29,174 nt of DNA from a virus (lineage: Duplodnaviria; Caudoviricetes), in IMG/VR virus record IMGVR_UViG_3300033067_000671, positions 1 through 29,174 of that record; one strand, 5' to 3'. The notes beneath the pieces were generated by a model. That model saw only the letters and a program-made list of their open reading frames with translations, did not search any database and was not told where the DNA came from. A program made the position numbers and the translations under genes. Positions 8,610 through 19,341 of this stretch are shown piece by piece; position 1 is the first letter of the stretch; each line of letters opens with the position of its first letter.

Positions 8610-9803
8610 ATGTCTAATAGTCTTGTTACCATTGATATGGTGACGCGTGAAGCTTTGCGCATCGCCCACGAAAAAACCCAATTCATCAACACCACCGACC
8701 GCCAATACGACGATTCATACGCTAAGACCGGTGCCAAGATCGGCGCTGCTCTGCGTGTTCGCAAGCCTAACCAGTACCTACGTACCCAAGGCTCTCGCGT
8801 CATGGATGTGCAGGATCAAAACGAAGAAACCGGCACTATCACTGTCGCAACTCAGGATCACGTCGATATGCGTTTTAACTCGGCGGAGCTGGCTTTGTCG
8901 ATTGACGAAATCAGCCGCCGTTATATTGAGCCTGCCGTCTCGACGCTTATCTCTGGTATCGAGGCTGACTATCTTGCCTACGCAACCAAATCCACCTATC
9001 AGGTGGCTGGCACTGCTGGCACTGCTGTCAATTCGCTTGTCGCTCCCGGCGCTGCCCGCGCAAAACTGAACCAACAACTTGCCCCTAAAGACAATCGAAA
9101 CATCCAGATGGATTCGGTGACGATGGGCGGTCTTGTCAATGGCATGGCGGCTTATTTCAACCCCTCTAGCGCGATTGGCGATCAGTACAAGGAGGGCTTG
9201 ATTGCCCGCACCTCGATGGCTGATTACTACGAAAACGAACGAGTCTGGACGCTGCCGAACTCTTCGGACGTTGCTGGCGAAATCAACGGCGGTACGCTGA
9301 CCTCCGGTATCTCGACGCTTACCGTCGATGGCTTTACCGCCGCGCCGGTTGCTGGCATGGTCTTTACGGTTGAAGGCATCTATGACGTACATCCCGAAAC
9401 CAAAGTTGCTTACTCGCACCTGAAACAGTTTGTCGTGACCTCGGCTACGGCTACTAGCATTTCCTTCAGCCCCGCGATGATCTTCAGCACGAGCAACCCG
9501 CGCCAGAACTGCTCCGGTACGCCTGTCGATAACGCAGATATTACCTTTGTCGGCGCGGCCTCTACCAACTACATCCAGCCCTTGATGTACCACAAAGAAG
9601 CGTTCCAGTTCGTGACCGCCGACCTCCCCTTGATGGATGACGCGCACAAGTGCGTTCGCCGGAATCAAGACGGTCTGTCAATGCGTGTATGGCAAGCATC
9701 CGACATTCGCAACGATGAATTGCTGATGCGTATCGACATTCTGTACGGCTTCGCTGCACTTCGCCCCGAATGGGCTTGTCGCTTGATCGGTTCGGCAGGC
9801 TAA
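8610..9803 (+). CDS. Major capsid protein, P22 gp5 family
   Basis: MSNSLVTIDMVTREAL, KIG..LRVRKP, YHKEAF, RIDILYGF...RPEWACR; AAAGGA RBS. Confidence 0.95.
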   Translation: MSNSLVTIDMVTREALRIAHEKTQFINTTDRQYDDSYAKTGAKIGAALRVRKPNQYLRTQGSRVMDVQDQNEETGTITVATQDHVDMRFNSAELALSIDEISRRYIEPAVSTLISGIEADYLAYATKSTYQVAGTAGTAVNSLVAPGAARAKLNQQLAPKDNRNIQMDSVTMGGLVNGMAAYFNPSSAIGDQYKEGLIARTSMADYYENERVWTLPNSSDVAGEINGGTLTSGISTLTVDGFTAAPVAGMVFTVEGIYDVHPETKVAYSHLKQFVVTSATATSISFSPAMIFSTSNPRQNCSGTPVDNADITFVGAASTNYIQPLMYHKEAFQFVTADLPLMDDAHKCVRRNQDGLSMRVWQASDIRNDELLMRIDILYGFAALRPEWACRLIGSAG

Positions 9804-9829
9804 TTAACTAATTAACGAAAGGAAATATC

Positions 9830-10321
9830 ATGGCAATTTCAGCAGATTTGGAACGAGTAAGCTACGGAGGCCCGTCGGGCTGTATCGCAACCGGCCAGCA
9901 TCGCCAAGTGATTCAAAGTGTAGGCGCTACCCGCACATTGTTGGCCGAAGAATCTGGCGCGCTGTGTTTGTTTGACCGTGCCGCAGGGAATGTCTATACC
10001 CTGCCCGCCCCGGTTGAAGGTATGCAATTTGAGTTCAGCTCTACCGTTCTGGTGACCTCAAATGCTTACAAGGTAATCACTAACTCCGCAAGCGTGTTCC
10101 TTGTCGGTTCGCTGACAGGCGGCTCTTTGACTGTTGCCGATGCTGGCGACGTGTTCCAAGGCGACGGTACCACGCATGTGGCTGTGACGATGAACGGCTC
10201 TACCACTGGCGGCTTGGTCGGCGGCTCTATGAAATTTACGGCAATCAGCTCTACAAAATGGCTGGTTGAAGGTGATTTCGTGGCCTCTGGCACTGTCGCT
10301 ACGCCGTTCGCAACGTCTTAA
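9830..10321 (+). CDS. Putative capsid decoration/virion protein
   Basis: Between coat gene and terminator, strong RBS, beta-rich. Confidence 0.6.
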   Translation: MAISADLERVSYGGPSGCIATGQHRQVIQSVGATRTLLAEESGALCLFDRAAGNVYTLPAPVEGMQFEFSSTVLVTSNAYKVITNSASVFLVGSLTGGSLTVADAGDVFQGDGTTHVAVTMNGSTTGGLVGGSMKFTAISSTKWLVEGDFVASGTVATPFATS

Positions 10322-10335
10322 TATTTCCACGCTTG

Positions 10336-10368
10336 GCCCCTCTTGGAGATTCTGAGAGGGGCTTTTTT
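10336..10368 (+). terminator. Rho-independent terminator after capsid genes
   Basis: GCCCCTCT-N11-AGAGGGGC then TTTTTT. Confidence 0.85.
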
Positions 10369-10381
10369 AAGGGATAGAAAC

Positions 10382-10582
10382 ATGATGATCCGACTTATCC
10401 ACGCTGAGCATGGGCGGCACATTGCGGCCACATCGCTAGAGGCGGAAGAGTGCAAGAAAAACGGATGGGTTGAGGTTGATTGCTGGCCGGAAAAGAGGGA
10501 TTTGCCAGAAGAGGCAGCTTTGCCATCAGATGTGCAAGAGGTTGAGCGAGTCAAGCGCCCCTATAATCGTAAGGTGAAATAA
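10382..10582 (+). CDS. Hypothetical protein
   Basis: Start after terminator; basic C-terminus KRPYNRK. Confidence 0.6.
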   Translation: MMIRLIHAEHGRHIAATSLEAEECKKNGWVEVDCWPEKRDLPEEAALPSDVQEVERVKRPYNRKVK

Positions 10583-11289
10583 TGACCACGGCCATTAGCT
10601 TAATCAATCGCGCCTACTCTTTAATTGGAGTTCTGGCAGAAGGCGAAGCGCTTACCGGAGAGCAGGCCATTAGTGGGCTTGAAACCCTAAATGCTTTGCT
10701 GGATGAATGGCGGCTTGAGCGATTGATGTGCTATGCGCTGCAACGTGAGCAGTTTTCGCTTGTTGCAAATCAGGCTTCTTACACGATTGGCTCGTCTGCA
10801 AACTTTAATACGACTCGCCCCGTAGAGGTAAGCGGGTGCTATGTGAGAGACGGCGGCATTGATTACCCCGTAAGACAGATGGGCGCTGAAGCCTATCGCC
10901 GAATCCCGGACAAGACTACGTCGACAAATTACCCTGAGTATTTCTACTACGAGCCAAACATGCCGCTCGGCACGGTTTATTTCTGGCCTGTTCCATCAAG
11001 TGCCTTAAATGTTTATTTAGAGACACAGCGGGTAATCACTGAGTTTGCAACAACAAGCACGGACATTGAACTCGCGCCGGGTTATGAAAACGCGATTATC
11101 TATAATCTAGCAATTGATCTAAGCGACGCTAACGACCGGAAACTCACCGAAACCATTGTTGCAAGGGCGCGCATTACAAAGCAAAAGATTAAACGGCAAA
11201 ACGCCTCGGCTATCCGAAAAGATAATGAAGTTGCCGCAATGCTGCGAGGAAATCGTTCTAGCTACTATCGGATTGTGGGCGGGATATGA
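10582..11289 (+). CDS. Head-tail adaptor, P22 gp4-like
   Basis: LI.RA..LIGVLA.GE, GL..LN.LLD.W, PGYE.AI.YNLA; located before gp10-like gene. Confidence 0.75.
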   Translation: MTTAISLINRAYSLIGVLAEGEALTGEQAISGLETLNALLDEWRLERLMCYALQREQFSLVANQASYTIGSSANFNTTRPVEVSGCYVRDGGIDYPVRQMGAEAYRRIPDKTTSTNYPEYFYYEPNMPLGTVYFWPVPSSALNVYLETQRVITEFATTSTDIELAPGYENAIIYNLAIDLSDANDRKLTETIVARARITKQKIKRQNASAIRKDNEVAAMLRGNRSSYYRIVGGI

Positions 11290-12707
11290 AATCGCCGATT
11301 TTAGGGCAGGCATATGCTGCAAGGTCTAAAACCTTTGCCTGTGATCGGATGGTTAATTTCTATCCTGAGAGAGCGCCATCAGATTCGAAAGAGGCCGCAG
11401 CTTTATATGGCACACCGGGGCTTAGCTTATTGGAACAAGGGCCATCTGGCGAGGTTCGTGCAATATATGTGACCTCTACCGATATTTGCCTAGTCGTAAT
11501 AGGTAATACTGTATATACTTACAGTGCTGGCACCCTCACGTCTATAGGGACAATAAATACGTCTGCTGGGCGTGTTTGCATTCGAGATAACGGGCTGGAG
11601 GCTATTATTGTCGATGGATCAAACGGCTACCTAACCCCGCTTTCTGCTCCTGCTGTATCTGTTATCACGGACGTCGATTTCCCGAACGGCGCAACAAACG
11701 TTGCGTACATCGACACGTATTTCATTGCAGCAATCCCCGGATCGCAAGAGTATCAAATCAGTGGGCAGCTTGATGGCTCGACATGGGATTCTTTGGATTT
11801 TGCATCAGCCGAGGGTAATCCAGACCCTCTGGTGTCGCTGATTGAAGTAAATCGCCAGCTTGCTTTGTTCGGCCCCGGCTCGACTGAGTTTGCAACAAAT
11901 TCCGGCGACGCAGACCTTCCATTTACTCGCATCCCCGGCGCTTATATAGAGCAAGGCTGCTTAGCTGCATACAGTGTTGCGGTAATGGACAACACTGTAT
12001 TTTGGCTGGGGAAAAACGACAACGGTGCCGGTACGGTATTCAGGGCAAGCGGCTACACGCCCATCAGGATTAGCACCCACGCTATTGAGTATGCGATTGC
12101 ATCCTATGCAACGGTGGAGGATGCGTTTGCGATCACTTACCAAGACGAGGGGCATGCCTTCTACTGCCTAGTCTTCCCGACCGAGGGTAAAACTTGGTGC
12201 TACGACGTCGTGACAGGCGCATGGCACGAGCGTGCATCGTTTGAAAATGGCGAGTTCGTGCGCTGGCGCGTCAATTGCCACGCCTACTTTGAGGGAAAGC
12301 ATATTGTTGGAGATTATCAAAACGGCAGGCTGTATGAAATGTCTTTGGATTTCTTCGACGAGGCCGGGCAGCCACTAAAAAGCCTTCGCTCTTGGCGGCA
12401 TCAGAATAATGAGAAGAAGCGGGTATTTTATTCGTGCTTAGAGCTTGACTGCGAAACGGGCATCGGGCTTGATGGAAGCGTACAAGGATCTGACCCTCAG
12501 TGGGTGCTTAGATTCTCAAATGACGGCGGTTTCACTTGGTCAAATGAAAAGTGGAAGTCTGCCGGAAAGATCGGGGAGTATTCCTCCCGCGTTCGCTGGT
12601 GGCGTCTTGGGGAAGCACGAGACAGGGTTTGGGAGGTGTCTATTACTGATCCCGTGAAGCGCTGCATTGTCGGCGCTTATGCAGACGTGAAGGCTAGTAC
12701 AGAGTAA
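11286..12707 (+). CDS. Packaged-DNA stabilization / tail hub protein, P22 gp10-like
   Basis: NFYPE, L.GTPGL, FASAEGNPD, RISTHAIE, SNDGGFTWS, GKIGEY..RV.W.RLG..RDRV. Confidence 0.9.
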   Translation: MKSPILGQAYAARSKTFACDRMVNFYPERAPSDSKEAAALYGTPGLSLLEQGPSGEVRAIYVTSTDICLVVIGNTVYTYSAGTLTSIGTINTSAGRVCIRDNGLEAIIVDGSNGYLTPLSAPAVSVITDVDFPNGATNVAYIDTYFIAAIPGSQEYQISGQLDGSTWDSLDFASAEGNPDPLVSLIEVNRQLALFGPGSTEFATNSGDADLPFTRIPGAYIEQGCLAAYSVAVMDNTVFWLGKNDNGAGTVFRASGYTPIRISTHAIEYAIASYATVEDAFAITYQDEGHAFYCLVFPTEGKTWCYDVVTGAWHERASFENGEFVRWRVNCHAYFEGKHIVGDYQNGRLYEMSLDFFDEAGQPLKSLRSWRHQNNEKKRVFYSCLELDCETGIGLDGSVQGSDPQWVLRFSNDGGFTWSNEKWKSAGKIGEYSSRVRWWRLGEARDRVWEVSITDPVKRCIVGAYADVKASTE

Positions 12708-13270
12708 TGTCAGACATCAGCATACCCCGCGACCGGCTTGGAACAATTCAGCCGGATGGAAGCGTCTTGGTTTCAAAGTCTTGGCTTCGTTTTTTTATGC
12801 AGCTTACCGGCGCAGTCAATTCACTAGGCGGCACATCCTTATATGGAGAGCAAATCCCGTTAGGCCTTCTTTATGCATCGGATGACGCAAGCCATGACGA
12901 CGCAAGCTTTGCTGACGCAAGCCCTTTATTTATACCGCAAGAATTTATAGACAAAGAAAGCGTCATTGAAATAAAGGCTGAGGCCGCTCAATCAGAAGCG
13001 GCTTTTTTTATGCCTGTTTCGGATGTTAATTCAGAAGTTAAAGCGCAGCCCGTATCTGTTTCGCCGGGGGTTAGTCCTGCAACGATTACAGCAAGTAGAA
13101 ATGGCTGGTACATCGTCTCAGCCGGTACTGTTTCTGCGCTTGATTATTCCCGCGCGGGGGGAAGTTTTATTTCACTAGGCGTCTCGGCAGGCATGTTCCC
13201 CGTGTCTTCTGGCGACGCAATCAAGATCACTTATACGGTTGTTCCCACCGTGTATTTTGTACCGAGGTAA
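12707..13270 (+). CDS. Virion-associated hypothetical protein
   Basis: TAATG coupling; W.RFF N-terminal motif; tail-module position. Confidence 0.65.
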   Translation: MSDISIPRDRLGTIQPDGSVLVSKSWLRFFMQLTGAVNSLGGTSLYGEQIPLGLLYASDDASHDDASFADASPLFIPQEFIDKESVIEIKAEAAQSEAAFFMPVSDVNSEVKAQPVSVSPGVSPATITASRNGWYIVSAGTVSALDYSRAGGSFISLGVSAGMFPVSSGDAIKITYTVVPTVYFVPR

Positions 13271-13275
13271 ATAAC

Positions 13276-13620
13276 ATGGCTACTCGATTAAAACGCGGCA
13301 TTGCAGGCTCACAGCTAACAACGTCCGCCGCGACGTATTACACGGCCCCTGCCAATACTTCTGTTCAGATTATTGGTATTCGCCTGACTAATACATCTGC
13401 AAGTAATATCACTGCGACTGTTTATTTAATCGCATCCGGCGGGTCTGCCTCGGCAAGTAACACGGTTATTTCTGCCCGAACCTTAGCGCCGGGAGAAACA
13501 TATAACTGCCCTGAGCTAACCGGGCAAGTTCTAGAGGCTGGCGGGTTTTTGCAGGCGCTTGCCAGTTCGAACGCATCAATCTCTATTTCCGGCTCCGTTG
13601 TGGAGGTAACAAATGGCTGA
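13276..13620 (+). CDS. Virion-associated hypothetical protein
   Basis: GAGG RBS; YTAP, GETY.CPEL.GQVL.AGG. Confidence 0.7.
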   Translation: MATRLKRGIAGSQLTTSAATYYTAPANTSVQIIGIRLTNTSASNITATVYLIASGGSASASNTVISARTLAPGETYNCPELTGQVLEAGGFLQALASSNASISISGSVVEVTNG

Positions 13621-14464
13621 CTTTGATTGGGGGGGCGCATTAGGCGGACTTGCTCAATTGGGCGGGGCTGTGCTGGCGAATAACCAAAACCAACGCGCAA
13701 TTGATCGGGCGACCGGCATTCAGCGGGATTCAACGCAGCAGGCTCAACAGTATTTGCAAGAGCAGCAGGCCAAAGCTAATGCAATGATGGCCCCGTATCA
13801 AGCCCTTGGCGGTTATGCAACTACCAAGCTACTGTCTGGCAACGTCATGGACGAACCGGGCTACCAATTCACGCAAAGCGAAGGCGAAAAGGCTATCAAT
13901 CGTGCCGCTGCCGCTAGAGGCGGATTCGGATCCGGTAAGCGGCTAAAAGACCTTGTGCGATTCAATCAAGACAACGCAACTCGCGGATACAACAACAGCT
14001 ACAACCGATTGGCGGGCATGGCTAACCTTGGCCTAGGCTCGACCAATTCCCTTATGAGCAACAACTCTAACGTGGCCAGCGGCCTAGGGAATCTTGCCTC
14101 TGCCTTTGGTAATGCAAACGCAGCCGGAACGTTGCAGGGGGCCAATAGCACGAACAACCTATTGGGTACGGGTCTTGGGCTGGTTGGTAATTTCCTCGGC
14201 AGCAAGAGCAGTAACGGCAAGACCAATGGGCAGAACGCCCTAGACGGCATCAGCTCTTTGTGGGGGTCAATGTTTGGCGGGGGAAGCTCTAGCAGTAATA
14301 ACGACGCCTATAACAATTGGCAAAACTACGGCAGCTCTAGCTATCAGCCCTATACTGATAACAGTGTTGGCGATTCTTCAATATGGTCTGGAACTGGCGG
14401 CTATCAAGGATACGGCACAGGTAACGTAGATTACAACCCGTACGAGTGGAACGAGGGGCCATAA
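13613..14464 (+). CDS. DNA ejection protein, P22 gp7-like
   Basis: G/A/N/Q-rich; PGYQF...EG..A..R.AAARGG..SG..LK motif. Confidence 0.8.
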   Translation: MADFDWGGALGGLAQLGGAVLANNQNQRAIDRATGIQRDSTQQAQQYLQEQQAKANAMMAPYQALGGYATTKLLSGNVMDEPGYQFTQSEGEKAINRAAAARGGFGSGKRLKDLVRFNQDNATRGYNNSYNRLAGMANLGLGSTNSLMSNNSNVASGLGNLASAFGNANAAGTLQGANSTNNLLGTGLGLVGNFLGSKSSNGKTNGQNALDGISSLWGSMFGGGSSSSNNDAYNNWQNYGSSSYQPYTDNSVGDSSIWSGTGGYQGYGTGNVDYNPYEWNEGP

Positions 14465-15978
14465 TGCGTACCTTGGCAGACTTGATCCGCATAAAGGGCG
14501 CGATTAACTCAAAGGGCGGGCAGGACACTATCACCGCTCACATTAACCCGCAAGAGGCCATGCTGCTGAAAATGCTTGGCGGCTCAGGGCGGGTCGATCC
14601 TGATACCGGCTTCCTGCATTTTGAAGATAGCGGTGAAGGTTATGACGGAGGGCTTGATGGATCAGACCCTGACGATTCCAGCCCTAGCGGGCCAAGCGAT
14701 CAAGGCCCGGGGGATGTTGATGGCGGTCTTGATGGAGCAGACCCAGACGACCCCGGCCCGAATGATCCTTCCCCAGCCGATCCTGACGGGTATAACGCGA
14801 ACCCCTCTCCCGCCCCATCTGATCTTGCTCAGCCCGGTCTTGATTTAAGCATTCCCGACGATCCTGTTACCGTCACTTCGCTGACTCCCGCAGAAATAAC
14901 TGGATACACACAATCAGGCGCGCCCGGATCGCAAGGCACCGGTGGCTGGGGTTCGATTGGCAATGAGAACAATCTGGGCGGTGTTGATGCTCCGGGTGCT
15001 GGCATGTCTGGTTTTACATGGGGCGGCTTATTCTCTCCACCCGAAGAGGACAAAGAAAACCAGATCGCCATATCAAGAACGGTCGGCCAGCAGCCGGGTT
15101 TGTGGGGTGTCGAGGGTTTTGTCCATGGCGCACAGCCCACAACAGGGCTGACAGGCTTGATAAACTCGCTTATCAATGGCCGAAACTCTCCAGAACAAGC
15201 AGGCAAAGGCTGGCAGGTAGCCCAGCAAATAGAAAACGTAGTCGCTCCAACTGCCTTGGCTGCGATCAATCCAGCGCTTGCAGGCCTGTACTCGATTGGC
15301 CGAGGTGTTGAGCAGGGTAGAGCTGGCCCCGCAGTAGGGTATGGCTTAAACGCAGCATTCGGCCCCGCCACAAGTCTTGCCGGTATGCTTGGCAGAAGTT
15401 TTGTTGCAAACTTTGTCGATACGCTAGACCCGACGCAAGCCGCGATCAATTCGGCGCTTGGATATGGGCGCGGTCAAGTGGGAAATCTTGGCGCTCAGAT
15501 TGGATTCGACGCCCTTGGCCCAGCAGGTGCGCAGCTTGGCGGAAACCTCGGCGCTCTCGGGTTTAATGCAGCAGCAAATGCCGTGGCCAGCGCAGCCAAT
15601 TCACCGGGGGGCGGGCAGTCGGCAGGGGGGCAGTCAGACGGAGAAGGAGGCGGCACTGGAGACGGGCAGTCAGAAAGCATCAGCGGAATGGTTGCCTCTG
15701 TGCTTGGCGATAGCATGGTATCTAATCACGCGGTGCGAACCCCTGTAAGCGTTGCAGGCATTCCAGCGGGGATGTCTATCCCGTCTCAAGCAAGGCAAGG
15801 GCAAATGGTCAATGCAATGTTTGACGGCTCTTTGCCAATTCTGGACATACCCGACTACATGCCGACCGCACAACCGAACGTAAGGCCTCAGCCTATTGGC
15901 TCATCCTTCGCCCAGCCAAGCTTCGCCCCGCAGGGCTTCGCCCAGCGCAGACAATTATCAGATTTACTCAGGAGATAA
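14464..15978 (+). CDS. Gly/Asp-rich virion (ejection-module) protein
   Basis: N-terminal G.DT..AHINPQEA.LLK.LGGSG...P.TG..F motif; low-complexity acidic region. Confidence 0.65.
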   Translation: MRTLADLIRIKGAINSKGGQDTITAHINPQEAMLLKMLGGSGRVDPDTGFLHFEDSGEGYDGGLDGSDPDDSSPSGPSDQGPGDVDGGLDGADPDDPGPNDPSPADPDGYNANPSPAPSDLAQPGLDLSIPDDPVTVTSLTPAEITGYTQSGAPGSQGTGGWGSIGNENNLGGVDAPGAGMSGFTWGGLFSPPEEDKENQIAISRTVGQQPGLWGVEGFVHGAQPTTGLTGLINSLINGRNSPEQAGKGWQVAQQIENVVAPTALAAINPALAGLYSIGRGVEQGRAGPAVGYGLNAAFGPATSLAGMLGRSFVANFVDTLDPTQAAINSALGYGRGQVGNLGAQIGFDALGPAGAQLGGNLGALGFNAAANAVASAANSPGGGQSAGGQSDGEGGGTGDGQSESISGMVASVLGDSMVSNHAVRTPVSVAGIPAGMSIPSQARQGQMVNAMFDGSLPILDIPDYMPTAQPNVRPQPIGSSFAQPSFAPQGFAQRRQLSDLLRR

Positions 15979-15979
15979 A

Positions 15980-17293
15980 ATGCCAGCAGAATCCTCTATC
16001 TACGGGCTTGTTGATACACAAGCACCCGCTAGGCTCTCTAGCTTGCTCGACCCGATGAATGCCAAGATTCGCCAAGCAAAGCAGATGGAGCTTGACGACC
16101 AAATGTCGACGATGCAGGACAAGATGGCATTGCGTGACCTATTAAAAACATCTGGCACTCGTGACCCCGAACAATTGGCGCAGATGGCCTATGAAAAAGG
16201 CCTTTACGGCGCAGGTCAGGATTTCAGCAAGCAGGCGCAAGCAGTAAAGCAAGCGTCTTTGCAAGAGCAAAAGAATAAGCTCGACATGGCAAACGCTCAA
16301 CTTGCGTATAGAAAAAACGCACAAGAGCTTGCATCTTCTGGCGCTGGGCTTATCTTCGCCAATCCAACCGATGAAAACATGAAGAAATTGCTTTTGTCGC
16401 AAGGCGTACCAGAAAATGAAGTTCCTGAAATACTGGAGCGCCAAATCCCTAAAGATATACTAGGACGCCAGCGCTTTATGGTGGCTGCCTTCTCTGACTG
16501 GAAGAGCAGGTCAGAGCAGATGAACCCCAAACAGTCTTCGCCTACAGAACTATCTCGGCTCATCGCAGAGCGCGAAGCGGCGGCAAAGGCAGGTAATGCG
16601 CAGGCTGTACGCATGTACGATTCTGCGATCAATAAGGCTACGACTCACGCGCCAAACCAAGCAGCCATACAAGTGCCTTTGCAATACCTGCAAACAGATC
16701 AGGGGTATGTCGCCGCACCAACTCGCATGACACCCGGCCAGCAAGTAACGCCGCAGCCTGTCATGGTTGATGGTAAGCAGGTAAAGCCTGTGGGCGCAGC
16801 GGGCACTGGAAAATTGCCAGCAGAGATACAGCGCATGAACATTGCAATGCGATCGCTCCAGACTGGTCTTGATGCTTACGAGAATGCCTTAACAAAATTT
16901 GACCCGAGATCATCCGACCAGATAAACCCGACCAAACGGGCGGCGATGGAATCTCTGCGATCCAGTCTTTTGAACCAAGCAAAAGAGGCCGATGCTCTTG
17001 GCGCTCTTACCGGCCCCGACTTAAAGCTGATGAATGACCTCCTCGGCGATCCTGCATCATTTATGGGGGCGGTGTATGGCAAAGGCGGGATGAAAGCAAA
17101 GATAACAGAGGCCAGAAATGCGCTGGAGCGCAGGAAGCAAGCGCTAAGAGATCAGTACGGGGATACTGCCGCGCCTAGTGCCGCGCCTAATGCAGCCCCC
17201 AACGTGGATACCTTTGTTCAGGACTCGGCTCGACGCGTAAGCGAAGAAAGGAAAAGAACAAATCAATCTTCCCCGTCTGTTTCTAACTGGTAA
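15980..17293 (+). CDS. DNA ejection protein (gp20 position)
   Basis: AGGAG RBS; helical, Q/A-rich; LGALTGPDL motif. Confidence 0.65.
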   Translation: MPAESSIYGLVDTQAPARLSSLLDPMNAKIRQAKQMELDDQMSTMQDKMALRDLLKTSGTRDPEQLAQMAYEKGLYGAGQDFSKQAQAVKQASLQEQKNKLDMANAQLAYRKNAQELASSGAGLIFANPTDENMKKLLLSQGVPENEVPEILERQIPKDILGRQRFMVAAFSDWKSRSEQMNPKQSSPTELSRLIAEREAAAKAGNAQAVRMYDSAINKATTHAPNQAAIQVPLQYLQTDQGYVAAPTRMTPGQQVTPQPVMVDGKQVKPVGAAGTGKLPAEIQRMNIAMRSLQTGLDAYENALTKFDPRSSDQINPTKRAAMESLRSSLLNQAKEADALGALTGPDLKLMNDLLGDPASFMGAVYGKGGMKAKITEARNALERRKQALRDQYGDTAAPSAAPNAAPNVDTFVQDSARRVSEERKRTNQSSPSVSNW

Positions 17294-17298
17294 CTATC

Positions 17299-19341
17299 AT
17301 GCCCAGAAATATCACAGTCACTTTTGATGACGGGTCTCAGCACGTCTATAACAATGCGCCCGACGACATTACTCCTGATGCGGCTATTGCCAGGGCATCA
17401 AAGGATTTTGGCAAGGCAGTGAAGTCGATTGATGGTGGTCGCGCCGGGATGGCGGATACGTCACAGCCTGTTAGTCAAAAGGCGTCTTTGCCTAAAGACG
17501 TTGATGGACAAAGTAAACAAGCTGTAGATGATGTTTTTTCTTCTGTGCTTAATGACGCAATCAAGGCAGAGAAAGACGCGTTATCTGGCGCGCTTAGAGG
17601 CGTGGCCGGAATTGGCTCCACCCTCATGTGGCCTATTGACAAATTGACTGACGCTATAAAGGGAGACCGAAGCCAGACTTTATCAGGGGCCATTACTGGG
17701 CGGCAGCCATTAAGCAGAAATGAAGAGCGTCGAAAAGCTATTGAGTATGCCATTCAGTACGGCCTTGGCGCAGATCCTGAGTCTGGTTTTTATCGCGCAG
17801 GAAAGCTTGCTTCAGAATTGGCAGGAACCGCTGGAGCTGGGGGGGTGGCTGCAAATACGATAAGAGCTGCAGCCCCTATTTTTGCATCGTCAAAGCTAGG
17901 AAGCGGGCTCCTCTCCGCACTGGAGACTAGCGGCGCTCGTGGCGGGAATTTGGCAACAAGAACTATCGGCGGCGCGGCATCTGGCGGAATCCAAGCCGCC
18001 GCGATTGATCCAGAATCGGCAAAGGCAGGCGCGCTGGTTGGGATGCTTAGCCCGTCGTTCATGAAGCTGGCGGGCGTAAGTGGTGATTTTGTCGCAAATC
18101 TTATTAGGCCATTTTACAAGAGCGGGCAAGAGAAAATTGTATCGGATGTGTTAAACAGATTTGCAAGCGATCCGAAAAGAGCAATTGCCGAACTGCAAAA
18201 AGCTCAAGAATTGATCCCCGGATCAAGGCCGATAGCGGCGGCTGCCGCTGGCGACGTTGGGCTGTCAGGATTAACTCGCGCCATGCAGAACACTCCTGAT
18301 TTTGCCGCTGAAATGGCAATGCGGCAAGCGCAGCAAAACGCGGCTAGAACTCAGTCGCTTGAGTCGGTGGCAGGTAATTCAGGCAAGATAAGTGCGGCAA
18401 AAGCTGAAAGAGATGCGGCGACTGGAGCCATGCGAGAAGGCGCTTTATCTCGCGCCGGAAAAATGGATGCCATGCCGATTTTGCAGCAACTTGACACCCT
18501 TTTGTCGAATCCAAATAACGCAGGCCAAACGGCGCAGATTGCCTTGAAGCGGATGCGCGATCAGGTTGCCAGTACAGCCAAGGAAGGGAAGATTGACGCA
18601 AGGGCGCTGTATGAGATTAGAAAAGATGCAGGACTCGCTATGCAAGGAAAATTGCAGGGAGATGCGTCTAATCTTCGTTATGCAAAAGGCCAGCTAGGAG
18701 AAGTGCAAAACATTTTTGACGATGCTATTGAGCGCGCTTCTGCGGGCGGAGGGAAAGCCGTTATTCCCAGCTCACAGCCTAGCGGTGGATGGAAAGAGTA
18801 TTTATCAAAATACTCTGAAGCATCAAAGCCTATCAACCAGATGGAAGTCTTAAGAGATGTTATGTCGCGCATTCAGACTGGAACCTCTGACGCGCAAGGA
18901 AACCTTATCCTTTCCCCGGCAAAACTAAACAACATACTTAAAATAGAAGGCGCTGAGCTGCAAAAGATTTTAACTAAAGAGCAATTCCAGCTTTTGAGAA
19001 ATCTATCGACCGACCTTAACGGCAACTCTGTAGGATTAAATGCTGGCCGATCTGTTGGAAGTAATACCGTGCAAAACTTAGCGGGAGACAACCTTTTGCA
19101 AAGTACGCTTGGTAATCTGGTCGGCGGCTCTACTGCTGCAAAAACTACGCTGGGAAGTCTGCTTAAGGTGCCTTATGTTAGAGCAAATCAAGACATCCAA
19201 GATGTTTTGGGAAGCGCCCTGTTAGATCCGGCGTATGCATCCAAACTATTGTCTATGGCGCAACAATCGGGCGCGCGTGGGAATACATTGAAATCCCTTA
19301 TTTATCGTTCTGCTCCTGCTCTTCCAGCGAGTTCCCAGTAA
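17299..19341 (+). CDS. DNA ejection protein (gp16 position)
   Basis: Large A/G-rich helical protein; GSNTVQNL and ALLDP..A..LL C-terminal motifs. Confidence 0.65.
   Translation: MPRNITVTFDDGSQHVYNNAPDDITPDAAIARASKDFGKAVKSIDGGRAGMADTSQPVSQKASLPKDVDGQSKQAVDDVFSSVLNDAIKAEKDALSGALRGVAGIGSTLMWPIDKLTDAIKGDRSQTLSGAITGRQPLSRNEERRKAIEYAIQYGLGADPESGFYRAGKLASELAGTAGAGGVAANTIRAAAPIFASSKLGSGLLSALETSGARGGNLATRTIGGAASGGIQAAAIDPESAKAGALVGMLSPSFMKLAGVSGDFVANLIRPFYKSGQEKIVSDVLNRFASDPKRAIAELQKAQELIPGSRPIAAAAAGDVGLSGLTRAMQNTPDFAAEMAMRQAQQNAARTQSLESVAGNSGKISAAKAERDAATGAMREGALSRAGKMDAMPILQQLDTLLSNPNNAGQTAQIALKRMRDQVASTAKEGKIDARALYEIRKDAGLAMQGKLQGDASNLRYAKGQLGEVQNIFDDAIERASAGGGKAVIPSSQPSGGWKEYLSKYSEASKPINQMEVLRDVMSRIQTGTSDAQGNLILSPAKLNNILKIEGAELQKILTKEQFQLLRNLSTDLNGNSVGLNAGRSVGSNTVQNLAGDNLLQSTLGNLVGGSTAAKTTLGSLLKVPYVRANQDIQDVLGSALLDPAYASKLLSMAQQSGARGNTLKSLIYRSAPALPASSQ

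Noticed and set aside
8778-9668. 296-aa antisense ORF within the capsid gene, and similar shadow ORFs
   Set aside because: Explained by codon bias of the sense gene; no motifs
12884-12922. GACGCAAGC x3 at 15-bp period
   Set aside because: Short coding repeat (DAS) in a linker; no evidence of a separate function
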